NCBI GenBank assembly: GCA_028534125.1
Contig: CM052817.1
Coordinates: 81,222,001 to 81,286,000 of the forward strand
Direction of reading: 5' to 3'
From: Lama glama
Lineage: Eukaryota
Length of the DNA: 64,000 nucleotides
Part shown: positions 26,356-38,730 of the stretch, one piece after another
How the letters are laid out: every line of letters starts with the position of its first letter
How positions within the stretch are numbered: position 1 is the first letter of the stretch
Program-made: the position numbers and the translations under genes
The notes under the pieces: generated by a model
Seen by the model: the letters and a program-made list of their open reading frames with translations, nothing else
Told to the model about the DNA's origin: nothing
Databases searched by the model: none

Positions 26356-27034
26356 ATTTTATAAGCTAAAAACATCTCTTTGGAAGAATCATAAATGTAT
26401 GTTTCACCATTTTAAGGTTATATATAATGAACAATTAGAAACTCGATTCAAAAGTGATCCATGAAGTATTTTTTAATTGGGTAAATTTTGTCAATAATTG
26501 TACACAAGAGTCTGAGTCAATTGATCCTGCACAACTTTCCATGGTAGAATATTTAGTTGAGGAATTATTCACTAGGAAGATGCCATTTACATCATCAGGC
26601 TAGTAGGGTAAAACTTAACATTTTTCAAAACTACAGTCAGGAATATAGTCAGAAAAAAATAATACATAGGACAGAAAGTTAAAAGGGTTAAAGTCACAGC
26701 TTCAGCTCTAATGACCTCTCCCCTGAAGAGCCTGTTGACAGCCTGACCTGCTTCCTCTGGGCAAACATGGCAGTTGGTCGTGCCTCTGATACGATGCCAT
26801 CATCTGGAAGTGCAGGGTTATAAGGCATTCAGCCTTACTAGAAAAGTACTCCTGGAAGATGGGTCAGGAGAGATGTTCCCAACAGAAAGAACATCCATAT
26901 TAATAGAGGAAATGGCAATAGCTCATTCCATTTATGTAAGTAAAGAGCCATAACACAGGAATATTCAGACGCTGGCTTCCGCTGTGGCTGCCATCTGGTA
27001 GGTCACAGTGTGGGAAAAACAAGAGCTGTGACAT

Positions 27035-27240
27035 GGGAGGATAAATCATAAGCCTGGGAACTGGAAAATCAGAATTCTGTTTTTGATTTTAGTTGCTGAA
27101 TTGCTACATGAACTTGAACATGCTGAGTGCATTAGTTTCCTCATCTATGAAGTGGGGCTAATAAAATTTCCAGTAAGACAATGCAGGGATAAATGAATAC
27201 CTGTCAGTACAGAAAGTCCTCTGGACATATTACTATTTTG
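27035..27240 (+). mobile_element. MIR fragment
   Basis: agtttcctcatctatgaagtggggctaataa core. Confidence 0.65.
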
Positions 27241-27999
27241 AGGCAACCTCACAGACTATTTTTCCCGTCTCAGTTTTCCCGTCTCAATTCAAGTATGGCT
27301 GAATTTCCTGTTACTTTGCAGTTTTATAGAGTCTGTGTTTGATATAAATCTGCGTTTCCCAAGCTGCTGAGTACAGTGATTATTCTTGCCTTCAGTGAGA
27401 AATTCTGCAGATAACAGAAATAATTGGAATTGAGCAGCTGCTAGCTTTGCCATTTTTAAACAATTATGAATGGTTTCATTTTGTGTATTATTTGCTGCTC
27501 TTACATTCTCTTTTCTTGTGTTCTGGAGCTAAAGACTTTCTGTTATAAGCCTATAGAGATTAAGAATATAATTAAGAAGCAGTAGAACTTGTAGCTGGCA
27601 CAACTTCCAGCAAAGACGGCAGAAAAAACACCATTGAGCGGGAAAGACAACTTAACCCAGCAATCACGCACAAAAAGGCAGTACAGATGTGGGGGGAAAG
27701 GAAATGGAGAGAAATATTTGACACACGGGAAAGACTGCCCATCCCCCAGGGGGAACTCAGCAACAGAACCAAGCAAGTGCAGCAGATATGTAACTGGGGA
27801 AGGTAAACGTGGGCTTTTCCATACACCTCTAGCAACTACTGTGTTGATCACCTTTGGCTTTGTGGCTATTCAGGTGGGCGTGTCTTGCAGAGCACTTACT
27901 GTCTACCAGGTAGCACTTTTCATTAGCAGCTTTGCTAACGTAGATTCCCCTATCCGAAATGCCATTTCCTTTCCTTTCCCTGATTCTTGAAAACCTCGG

Positions 28000-28217
28000 T
28001 GGAGATATCTCAAACCTTCCTCAGGTGGAAATATTCATTCTGTCCTCATGTCTGTAATAGAACAAAAATCTCCTTATGTCAAAATTACTTGTTTTCTCTC
28101 TCCAGCTTTATATGAGCTACTTGAGAATAGGGATCTTATTCTCCTTCGTGCCTGCACTGCTAGTTCCTCACCCAGTGTTCCTGCCACCATGGTAGACGCT
28201 GCGTAAATGTTGGGTGG
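28000..28217 (+). mobile_element. L2 3' end
   Basis: atgagctacttgagaatagggatcttatt...cccagtgttcctgccaccatggtagacgctgcgtaaatgttg. Confidence 0.7.
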
Positions 28218-28250
28218 CCTCTCAGCCTTTGGGTAAAAAGGAGAAACGTG

Positions 28251-28280
28251 TGACTCAGTGCCAGCTGACGTCATCAGGTG
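28251..28280. promoter_or_regulatory. adjacent AP-1, CRE and E-box motifs (candidate enhancer core)
   Basis: TGACTCA 28251-28257, CAGCTG 28262-28267, TGACGTCA 28266-28273, CAGGTG 28275-28280. Motif match only. Confidence 0.4.
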
Positions 28281-29267
28281 CCGCTGTCACTGCCTGACAT
28301 GGACCAAGCGCATTTCCGTTTTATCAGGAGTATCATCTGTGTTTATGGAAGCCCGCGTACTTCCTCTTGCAGAATTCATAAGTAGCTGTCCTCTCCTCAT
28401 GGTACTACAATGTCAAAGCAATAAAAGCATCTTACATCACAGACTTGGCATTAGATTAGCTCAGTGAGAACATTTTCCATATAAAGATCAATGAAGAAAA
28501 ATCCAGAGCAGTTTACTAATTAAATGGAGAGAAAATGTTTTTCTGATTCAGAGCCAATAGATCATTTTCATTAACAAGATGTTCAGCATCTCCCTCCAGC
28601 AAAGTGCCCTGATTTTTAGGGAACTAAGGTTATTGAATTTTTAGAAAGACTTGGGGGGGTCCCCTAATTTAAGAGATGTCTCTGGGGCAGGTAGATGTCC
28701 AGTACTGGAGTGGCACAGTGCTTTGCTTTTTTTGTAGTGGGCACTCAATGGACCCTTAACAAATAAATGTTAAGATCTAGAGGATACAAATGTTTCTAAA
28801 AACAAAATCTGCTTGGGCTGTGCTAAAATAATCTGGGTGATTTCAAATTGAAGCTACCAGATATGTTACAGTCTTCAGCCAAGTCACTAACAGCAGTGCA
28901 CTGTGCCAAATGCTGAACTGTAGAAATTATGACACTCATTTATGAAATGATACCCACTGTGCCCCAGTTTTCAAGAATGACTAAGTAAACAATAACACTG
29001 GCAACTTTACCAAAATTGCATCCTATCACAATTTGTCGACATTAAGAAACACAAGTTTATAAAAGTAAAGTGAAGATTTTCTTTTTTAATTTTTTGCATT
29101 TTTTAACTTTATCACAGCCTCAAAATGCTTTTTGTTCTCTGTCCTATGTTATATGAGCCTCATTACTCTCTTTTGAGTAATGATAAACAGTAGCTTAAGT
29201 AGATTTCAGCAAATGTCTAAACTAGTCTTTCCAAGTGATTTCTGGAGAAATCCAAATTTCTCCAGAG

Positions 29268-29311
29268 CTGGTCTGGAACCGAACCTGTAGTATCTCTGAG
29301 TTATGTCTGTT
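29268..29311 (+). mobile_element. Tigger1-like right-end fragment
   Basis: tggtctggaaccgaacctgtagtatctctgagttatgtctgt resembles the Tigger1 terminus ggtctggaaccgaacccgcaatatctccgaggtatgcctgta. Confidence 0.7.
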
Positions 29312-30237
29312 TATCTGTAACATCAGTGATAGTCTGATTAGAATCACATTACTATTTTCTGTCATTATATTCTCCAGGCATTAAAACAGACAAAACCCTG
29401 GGTGGATGGTGCAGTGTTGAGGAAACCAGAATTTGGATCATATTTTCTTACATTTTCACTGGATAAAACAAGTTTCAGGCAGTGGCTCTTCCCTTCCTGT
29501 CTTATTTGGCTTTGGGCTTCCTAACTTAAGGTGAATTACTATTTATGTCCTTGAAATCTTCCCACAAATCTACATTCTTATTACCACGTTTGTGATTAAT
29601 TTAGGTAAATAAAATTTTTTAATTGGAATAAATGTTTTTCATATAAATAAGTAAATACATTCCATAATGCTAAACTTTACATCAAAAATTATACTTTCTC
29701 AAAATAGTAAAGGATCTCTAAAATAAATCCGAAACCATCAGTTGTGCCAATTATGATAAATGTTTTCTGACTCAGATTTGTTAAAGTGAGTCTTTCTTTC
29801 CACACTCTTACTGCCAAGCAGGTTCTTGTTCTGGCCAAGAAAGGTAAAGAGACCTCCAAGAATATTTTAGATATTTAAGTCACAACAAACATACCAAATA
29901 AAAAGAAAGTAAAGTAAAGAAAGCCTTTTCTAGGTATAATGTATTGATTTTTCTCTAAAAAAGATGGGAAAACCTCCATGAAAGTCTCTATGTTTTCAAA
30001 CACCTTCCCCAGGTTACACAGTAAACTCAGCACGTGCGTGGTGCGGTAGAGCCTTAAGACCATATGCTGCCTAAATCCTCTCCCCACAGTCCTAAAGCCC
30101 TTGTGAATTTTTATTTAGCTTTCTTTATCTCTTCCATGGCTAAATTAAAAACAAAACAGAACTCTGCCCTGCAAATCATTTTTTAAATATGATTCCTTTC
30201 TTTGCCACCCCAGTTCTCACTTTCTTCATCTTTACCA

Positions 30238-30265
<28 letters not shown>
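30238..30265. repeat. (GC)n(AC)n alternating purine-pyrimidine tract
   Basis: gcgcgcgcacacacacacacacacacac. Confidence 0.9.
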
Positions 30266-30268
<3 letters not shown>

Positions 30269-31401
30269 GTAATGAAGGTGCGAGGGGGCACAGACAGGAG
30301 CAAGCGGGATCTGATTTCCTTCTGCACAGACTGCAGAACAGGACACGCTGGGAAATTAATTTCAGTTAACTCATGTGATAGTAGCTTTCAGAAAGCTGTG
30401 GCCCAGAAATAAATCACTTTTCCCTAAATGTAATGTGAGAAGATTCCACTGAGAGACAAAATGCCACTATTAGAATGGCAAGGAGCACAAGCGTGTCTGG
30501 ATGAAACCTGTCTAGAATCCCTAATGTGTCTGAAAAGCCCAAATGTTGTTCGGCAGCTCCAGTTGGTGGCTAACCTGAAGAAGGATTAAAGCCTGCATTT
30601 GAAGCTCCCAGAAATCACCTTGTGGATGTGTCATTGCTAAAAACGTGGGTTTTTTTCCCCCATTCTGTAGTTTAAAAAAGAGCTGGCAAAAAACAAGAAC
30701 TACATCATAAATCAAAGCTACAAGCAGAGCACACATTAGAGTCAGACCATTGTGATAAGAATTTCTACAGCAAAAATCCAGTTAATCAGAATTCAAATGG
30801 ATGAATGTAATCATTAACATAAGTACTTAAAAACGAAATTCTCCTGATGTTTTAATTAGTGCTTTCACTCACAATTAGATGTATTGTGGGAATAAACATT
30901 ATACTCCCAGAAACTCCATTCATGTGTGATGCATGAATAATCTAGTAGGAGAAAGAGGTGGGGACTTTGCATCTCACTAAAGAGCATAAAGTTCTTCTCT
31001 GTTTAATCTAAATTCTGTCACTTACTGAACGAAATTAGCGGAAGCAATTTTCTTCATGTCTCCTTACCCCAAAACAAAGGCAAATACAACAATTAAAAGC
31101 AGCAAAATCTGCATCACTTCCCAAATCACTTGAAAAACTGCCACGTGTTAATTTCAGGATTAGTTCTTATCCAGGGCAATAAGAACTCTTGGGACAGAAG
31201 CGTGGGTACCAGCGATTTCTGCAACCCTTGGCATCTGGAAGAAGATGGTTACAGCATTGAGGGTGATGGGGCATGTAGGGCAAGGAAAAGAAGTCCTTGG
31301 GGAACTACATTTCTGTCTGTGCACTAGAGTCACCTCTGAAGAGGGACTGACGGGGCCTTCCATTATTAGTCCTGACGTATCAACATAGTGCTATTCTAAA
31401 C

Positions 31402-31601
31402 CAGAGGTCAGAAAATATTTTCTGTAAAGAGTCAAATAGTAGATGTAGGCTGTTCAGCCCATATGATCTCTGTTACGACTATTCACCTGTGCACTTGAGA
31501 ATACGTAAATCAATGAGTGTGTTGTGTTCCAATAAGATTTTATTTAAAAAAGCAGGTGACAGGCTAGATGTAGCCTGTGGATTTTGGTTTGCTAAGGCCT
31601 G
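31402..31601. mobile_element. MER58A hAT-Charlie MITE
   Basis: cagaggtcagaaaatattttctgtaaagagtcaaatagta...gtttgctaaggcctg, with 8-bp TSD ttctaaac (31394-31401) and ttctagac (31602-31609). Confidence 0.88.
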
Positions 31602-33264
31602 TTCTAGACTGTTTTGTCTTGAGCATACTTCACAGTGCTACTGAAGATTCTTTATGCCATTTCTCCATGTACCATAAAGAAGAGAAGAGTGGAGGTTATA
31701 CACGACAAATACTGGGACCAACGAAAGCATGAGTGCACTTGGGAATCAGAAACAAAAGACACAGAGAGCTCCAGCACCTCACAGACATTTCCAAGTTATT
31801 GAACAGAGAATAAGAACATTCTGTAATGATTAATAAATTCTTTAAAGCAAGAAGCCACCATCTTAGACTATATGTATAAACAAATAAGGATGCACAGTAG
31901 ACTACAGGTATACTGTCTCATACTCTGAACTTCACTGACTAAAGTTTATCAACAGTTTAGACTTAGAAGGAATTAGAGGCAGATCGACACACATTATCTA
32001 CTATTCATAGTTCATCACATATGACATCTAGTAAAATACAGGTCTTATTAGATAGTTTCTATTTAGCTAATTAGAAAGTTTCTATTTAGCTTATTCTCAC
32101 ATTGTTTTTTTCTTTTTTTTAATTCTCAGTTAAAAGAGCCTCTTCAGATATTGTTAAACATACCCACTCAGTAAGCCATATCCTGTCAACCTAATACAAA
32201 AAGATTTTGAAGTCCAAAGTGAACAAAATTGACAAATATTTTTTTAATTGTTCACTAAGGTTTCAAATTCCTTATTGTTTAACTTTATTTCACAACCCAC
32301 CACTGTAATTACTTCCATGGAAACATCCTTTTTTACCCAACTTTCTGAAGGACTCATTTTAGAAAACCCTACTACAATTAAACCCAGCTCTTTGCTTACT
32401 GCACAACTGCACATGTTAAATAACGGAACGTGGCTAGAAAAAATTGTGCATTTTGACTCCCTTCAAATTTAAGAGCAGAGGTTCAAAAGAGCAATTGAAA
32501 AAGAGACCGTCTACCTACCTAGAAAACTTACTTTCTTACTCTCTAAAACAACTAATTTTTACCGTCTCTGGTAGATTAGGAAACCATATGAGAATCCAAC
32601 ATGCACAGTATATACGAGATTGGACTAAAGGCCTAGGCCATTTGTGGGTGAGCACATACTTAAGAGTGATGCTTAAGTATACAGGCTGCCTTTTGAAAAA
32701 TCTTTATACATAGATAAACTCTGCTCTCAGGAAAATGCATGAACTACTAAAGAAGCATCTGTAGTTTTAAGGACTGTGCCCACCGATTAGGCATAATAGA
32801 CGCATGAAAAATAAACAAACCACATTGTCTTGTAATGGAAGCAATTTAATAATTATAATTCCATACATAGGCAATACATTCTCTAAAAATGACCACAGTA
32901 CTTGAAGAATTTTCCTGTAGGTCTGAGATAGTTGTTCTATTAATAAGGTTGCATTTGCAATTAAGCATTCTCTCCTATCTGCTCTTCTCCTTGCTTCCTG
33001 TTCCTCCATTTCTCGAACCCAGTCTGGAGGGTGGAGTCAAGCAGGGTTCTGAGTTACTACTTCGTGGTTATGCTAAGATCCATCAGGCTCTTATCCAACA
33101 AATACCTGCTGGAACTCTGAAGATGGAAGTAGTTTTCAGGCTCCGCATGCACCTGAGATGGCTTTCTTTGAAAGAGACTTTCTGGGTGATATAAAGAAGA
33201 AAAGAGAAAGGAGGGAAAGGAAAGGGAGACACCTGCATCTAAGCTCATAGGAACTTGACTCAGC

Positions 33265-33540
33265 CCAGCCTCCTGTGATTACAGGCAGGGGCTCTGGAGC
33301 TAGACTGCTTGTGTTTGAATCCTGGCTCTGGCACTTTTTTTGTGACCTTGTCAAATCAGTTTTACTTCTTTGGCCTCAATTTTCTCAGCAGTAGAATGGG
33401 AATAATAATAGGGTTTTTTTTTTTCTTTCTTTCTTTCTGTAGACATGTTATCAGGATCAAAAATGATCCAGTATTTGTAAAGTGCTTAGAACAGTACCTG
33501 GTAAGTAGTTTGTACCACTTAACTGTTTGTTAAATAAAAC
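33265..33540 (+). mobile_element. MIR, full length
   Basis: ggctctggagctagactgcttgtgtttgaatcctggctctg...tgtgaccttg...gtaaagtgcttagaacagtacctgg. Confidence 0.9.
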
Positions 33541-34199
33541 AAAAATTTTTTAGCAGTATAAAGTACACCCTACTGTGAATCATTATGCCTCTTATATAAG
33601 AGGTAGATAATGAGATAAGGTTCATCCAAAATCCTACGAAATTAGGATCAGTTAGAAACAATAAACATTGTTTTGTCCTTAGGTCCTAGAATAATACCTA
33701 GTTGACAGCAGGTGATCAGTGGATATTTGCTGCATGAATGGGTGTGACCCCAAGGCTTGGATCTGGGCTAAGCAGCTACCAGAAATACGATCATTCAGCT
33801 AAAGTAACTGAAGTGCTATTGCATCTAGAAGCAAAGTCCTGTAGACGAATGTTAGAACTGGGTAATTAGAACCTGTGCTACGGGCTTGTGTCTCAGGAGA
33901 TTCCCACACACCCAGACAGGTGCGGGAGTCGGTGTAGATGGGAATTAAAGCTGGAAACCAGTAAGGACAGAATGAAGACTGGTGTTCAATGAGTGGTCAG
34001 CAAAACAAACACAAAATAATGTGGTCTCAGCATTTATGGGGACTGAAAGGTGATTTGTATGTGTTTCTCTTGTTCTTCAGGCTGAATCTACATGTCCAAA
34101 ACAGTGGGCATGCCTCCTTGTCTTGATTCTTTCCACATATGGGAAACACTCCTTCCCAAGGAAATATGCTTTATTTTAAATCATTTTAATCAGTAAAGC

Positions 34200-35220
34200 A
34201 TTATTTATTTTAACATGCTAAACCCTAACTCCGTATATTTCATTGATCCGTTTTTCCTAGTCCTGCTCTCTGAAATTTCAAAATATAGCAAATATCTTTC
34301 ATATATTTGAAACTACAAGTATAGTTATTTTGTTTCCCATGAATCCTTTCTCCTCTAGGCTGATCATTCTGTTTATTTGCAAGTTCTTCATTCAACATGG
34401 CTTCTTTGCAGCCCCTTTACCTTTCCTATCAGTCTCTTCTTGATGGTTGTTAATGTCCTCAGCAAAATGTAGAACCTGAAACTGAAACTGTTAATGAGAA
34501 TAAAACTAATGAAAAATTCAGAAAACTTTGGGAGTGATTATCTCCCTGTATGTGGACCCTCTATATGTATTAACAAAAATCTTCAATTTTTCTATAAATT
34601 TTCCTGTATAGTAAATATTTTAGGCTTTAAGGTCCATAAAGTTCTGTCACAATACTCAGTTCTGTTGTTGCATGAAGGCAGCCACAGACCCTATGTAAAT
34701 GAATGACCATGGCTGTGTTTCAATAAAACTTTATTCACAACAACAGACAGTGGGTTTTGATTGGCTAATTCCTGCATTAGCTATTCATATGCTTTCAGTC
34801 AGCTAAAACTCTTAGATTTTCTTCATTTTCTGACTCTGAGCTATATAGATCTTCATGGTTTACTGTAAAAGGGCTTGATGTATATCCTTATATCCTGTAC
34901 ATCTAAATGTACCACAATCATTTGGATTCTGATTCTGTTAGTCATTCACAGCATGTGAAGGCTCCTCTTTTGTACATCGTGCTACTTGCTTATTAATTAG
35001 ATGTGTCCTTTCTTCTTTTTAATGCAAATTATTGACAAAGTTGTTGACTGGGGCAGGGCCAAGGAAAGAATCCTCTGCAGTGAAACTCTGAGTCAATAGA
35101 AATCCATTAATAAACATTCTTTAGGGTATTTCTTCAGTCAGAATATTATGGGATAATTTTACCACCCTGCCCATATTTTCACATCATAATAACTCTACCA
35201 AAGGATCTAAATTTTTCTTT
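34200..35220 (-). mobile_element. L3/CR1 LINE fragment, interrupted by MER58
   Basis: aatgtcctcagcaaaatgtagaacctgaaactgaa, tttggattctgattctgt and tgacaaagttgttgactggggcagggccaaggaaagaatcct are antisense CR1 RT-like. Confidence 0.65.
34574..34774. mobile_element. MER58A MITE
   Basis: atagtaaatattttaggcttt...aaggcagccacagaccctatgtaaatgaatgaccatggctgtgtttcaataaaactttatt. Confidence 0.85.
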
Positions 35221-35309
35221 GTAACCTAGTATGAAGTTTCTTACTAGTCAGGTACGTAAGTTTTTCAGTTTTCCCCACCAATTTAAAGCAAAACTAAGTG
35301 CAGTCTTTG

Positions 35310-35525
35310 AAATTTCAAGTCAAACTGCAGCTTATACAATGAATGAGTTTCTAATAAGTATTTAGAACTGGAATAGATTGTCTCAGAAGGAAATGGGGTT
35401 TCTGGCCATTGAATGTATTCAGAAGATGAAAGATAAAATTTGAGGATGACTTAGAGAGATTCATATATCAAATAAATAGTGGAATAGATGACAAATAAAA
35501 TCATGTCTACCTCTGTAAATCTAAA
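35310..35525 (+). mobile_element. L3/CR1 3' end fragment
   Basis: ctggaatagattgtctcagaaggaaatggggtttctggccattgaatgtattcag...ggaatagatgac. Confidence 0.5.
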
Positions 35526-36769
35526 AGTTTGTTCGGCCAAATAGTTAACAAGGATTTAGCAAGGGAACAGCCTCTTGGCTCTCTGCTGGTATCTTCTAGC
35601 TGGAAGGGAGGTTAAGTACACAGCAGACAGCTTCAGCTCGTACCTCACTCTCATTATCAATGCCTTCTTATCTGCATCTCCTCAGATTGTACTGGCAGTG
35701 GCCACGAAAGACAGGATATAGAATGAGATTGAATTTCTGACAGTCTGAAAGTAATGAAATATTTATTTCTACCCAAGAAAAGAGGAAATGGAACGATTCT
35801 TTTACTACCCTTATTAGGAATCTAGCCACTTGAAATATGCCTTTTGCCTAAATAGGGCCAGTCCACAAAGGACACCAGCTTTCCCTCTCTCTACTTCATT
35901 TAGAGTATTTCCCTGGTCATAATTTGTTTCAAGGATATTGTGCAATTTGAAATAATAGCACTATTGTCTGAATTGTATGTAACATTTTGAGCTAAGAGAA
36001 TGGACTGAGATAAATCTTTCATTAAGTTGTAAAAGTTTGACTTATGATTATGTATAAGAAGCTAACTTACACAATTACTTCTCAAAGCTATTTTCATCAA
36101 AATCCACTCACTGAGTAAAAAGAGCTTCTTCTAAAAGCAAAATAAACAAAAAATATATAAATCATTATGGATGCCCTGAAATTATGATGACATTCAAAAG
36201 TAACAGAGTAACATGATTAAAATAGTCATGAATATAGTTTTATTAGAATTTCTAAGCAAAAGTATTCTGCTTGATTGCTTATTTGTTTAATTCATGTAAT
36301 ATGCTACACAGTTGGTAGCATATCTTCTGCAAGTAGTTTATCATCCATGAAAAATCATAGTGTACATTTCCTGATGAGAAAATGTTTTTTACTTTTTCTT
36401 TAGTATTTCCTCCTCCTCCCACCTCCCACCTCCCACCTGAAGTCCTTATACCAAAGTGTTTCAATGTTACTACACATCAGAGAAGTCATCATTCATAAAG
36501 CTCATGTGTAGAGTTTGGAGTTTCAAGGTTATTATAATAACAATTGTAGAGTGTAAAACGAGAGAAAGCAAAGAAGAGTAAGACTATATAACTTCTTTAT
36601 TAACTTTGCCATGTCTTGAATGACCAGAACATCACAATTTCTTCCTAAGAACGATGAACCTGATTCCATGAGGTTCCTTGAGAACCTGATTCTGATTCCA
36701 TTTATCATTCGTGGTATATTCAAAACAACATTGCTCTACTTTGGGAAAACAGTTTCTCTCTGGCTCTAA

Positions 36770-37055
36770 TTAAATGGCCCAGGTGGAGGCTGCCAGGCAC
36801 AGTTTCACTCCTACTTCCATCCACATCCAACGGACCACACCCTCGTGGTTGTGTAAGACAAGGGTAGATGATCCAGATTACATTAATCTGAATACATTCT
36901 AGGACTTTATGAATTAGGAGCTAGCTCTTCAAAAAGATACATGAGGTCAGAACTGGGAGCCATGAATGATACTGAGTGGAAAAGGGTATGGGTTAAGATG
37001 CTCTTGGTTGCAATCCAGAGGGAAAAAACCAACTCAAATTCTTATACATAAGGTG
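36770..37055. mobile_element. old MLT1 LTR pieces (left flank of nested L1)
   Basis: A sense MLT1-like body, then an antisense MLT1 start ggttaagatgctcttggttgcaat...ccaactcaaa at about 36988. Confidence 0.5.
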
Positions 37056-38340
37056 GCAGATGGGAGGTGACATCAGTGGGGAGGACAGAGTAAGAATCTC
37101 CAAGTATTCTTTGCTTAATAAAAGCAATAAGAACACTGGCAAAAAAATTTTAAGTCAACTTTTCTTTTTTAGAACTGTGAGAATTAACCAAAAGCTTGCA
37201 ACAATCTGGGGAGTATTTATTTTGGAAAAATGCCTGAACTTCAGTAACAGCAGTGAGTCTTGCGACACCTTAGTCTGCCCTGTTCCCAGCTCTGTCTCCC
37301 AAATTCCATGGTCGCCTTGAAAACCAACAATCCCACTATCATGGTGATAACCAGCAATCTAGCAGCCACTAGAAGGGGCAGGATGGGGCTAGAGCTCCCT
37401 CAAAGGCCTGTTCCCAGATAACAGTCATTATTCGATTTATCTGAAAGTTTCCTGGAAAATCCCATCCCAAAGCTTGCCTTCATTTAATCAGAATCGGAGT
37501 TCATCCAGTGTGAACAATGTTTTTCCTGGGAGCACTTGAGGAAGCTAATCAGCAGCAATTGTTCTGATGTTGGCAATAATAGTTGGAGCAAATGACAAGG
37601 TGATCAAAAAACTTAAAAAAAAAAAAAAGCTGGAAAATGAAGTGTGTATAGGGAGCTTTTAAAAGCTCCAAAATGTTCCTGAGAATCTAAAAGGTTGTGT
37701 GTGTGCCTCGGTCTGGGTGCATTCCCAGGAGAGATGAAGAAGGCTCTGGCTGACCTTGAGGCTCTGCATGAGCAGGAAATAAAGACTAAGGTAAAGCTGT
37801 AAACTGCCTGTCTGAATCTTGAAGGCATGCCTCCATGTACGTACAGAGCCACTCAGCAAAATGGAAAATTTATTGATTTGAGGAATTTAAGGAAATGTGT
37901 CTCTAATCATTAGCTGACCACTAAATTGACCATCCAAGGATTTCAGAAGCTACATACAACAAAGAATACCAATGTAAGTTGCCAAATAGTCACAACAATA
38001 AGCAGCCACAACAACAAACCCTGCAGATGGAAGTGAGTCTGTGTTATTTAAAATGTCCAAATTTCAAACAGAAATCATAAGACATAGAAAGAAACCAAGT
38101 ATGGACTCTACACAAGAAAAATAAGTGACAAGTCAATTGAAACTATACGAAAGGAAACCAAGACATTGAATCTGCTGAGCAAAGATTTTAAATCATTATT
38201 TTAAACATGTTCAAGAAACCAAAGATAACCATGTTTAAAGAATTAAAGGAAAATATGGGAACAATGTCTCATCAAATTGAGAATATAAATAAACAAATAG
38301 CAATCTTAAAGATAGGTCCATTGAGATTATCCAGTTTGAG

Positions 38341-38370
38341 TGTCATAGTCCATTAAAGCTGCTGTTTAAA

Positions 38371-38409
<39 letters not shown>

Positions 38410-38730
38410 CACACATACAGATTGAGTAGCTTATAAACAACAAAAATTTATTTCTCACAGTTCTGGATGCTGGAAGTCTGAGATCAAGGTGCCAGCATGG
38501 TCAGGGGAAGACCCTCTTCCCAGCTGCAGGCTTCTCATTGTATCCTCATAGGGCAGAAGAGGCTAGGCAGATCTGTGGAGTTGCTTTTATAAGAGCACCA
38601 ATCCCATTCGTCAGGGATCCACCCTCATGACCCAGGCACCTCGCAAAGGCCCCAGCTGCTAATATGATCACATTGGATATTAGGATTTCAACATATGAAT
38701 TTTGAAGTTACAAACATTTAAGCTATAGCA
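38341..38730 (-). mobile_element. MLT1A-like solo LTR inserted in L1 ORF1
   Basis: tgtcatagtccattaaagctgctg...gcttataaacaacaaaaatttatttctcacagttctgga...aaacatttaagctatagca; TG...CA ends; 5-bp TSD ttgag/tagag. Confidence 0.92.
38375..38418. repeat. (CA)n microsatellite inside MLT1A
   Basis: Read directly. Confidence 0.9.

Noticed and set aside
27260..27286. Short direct duplications (also 32054-32091 and about 53678-53701)
   Set aside because: Ordinary slippage micro-duplications with no array structure.
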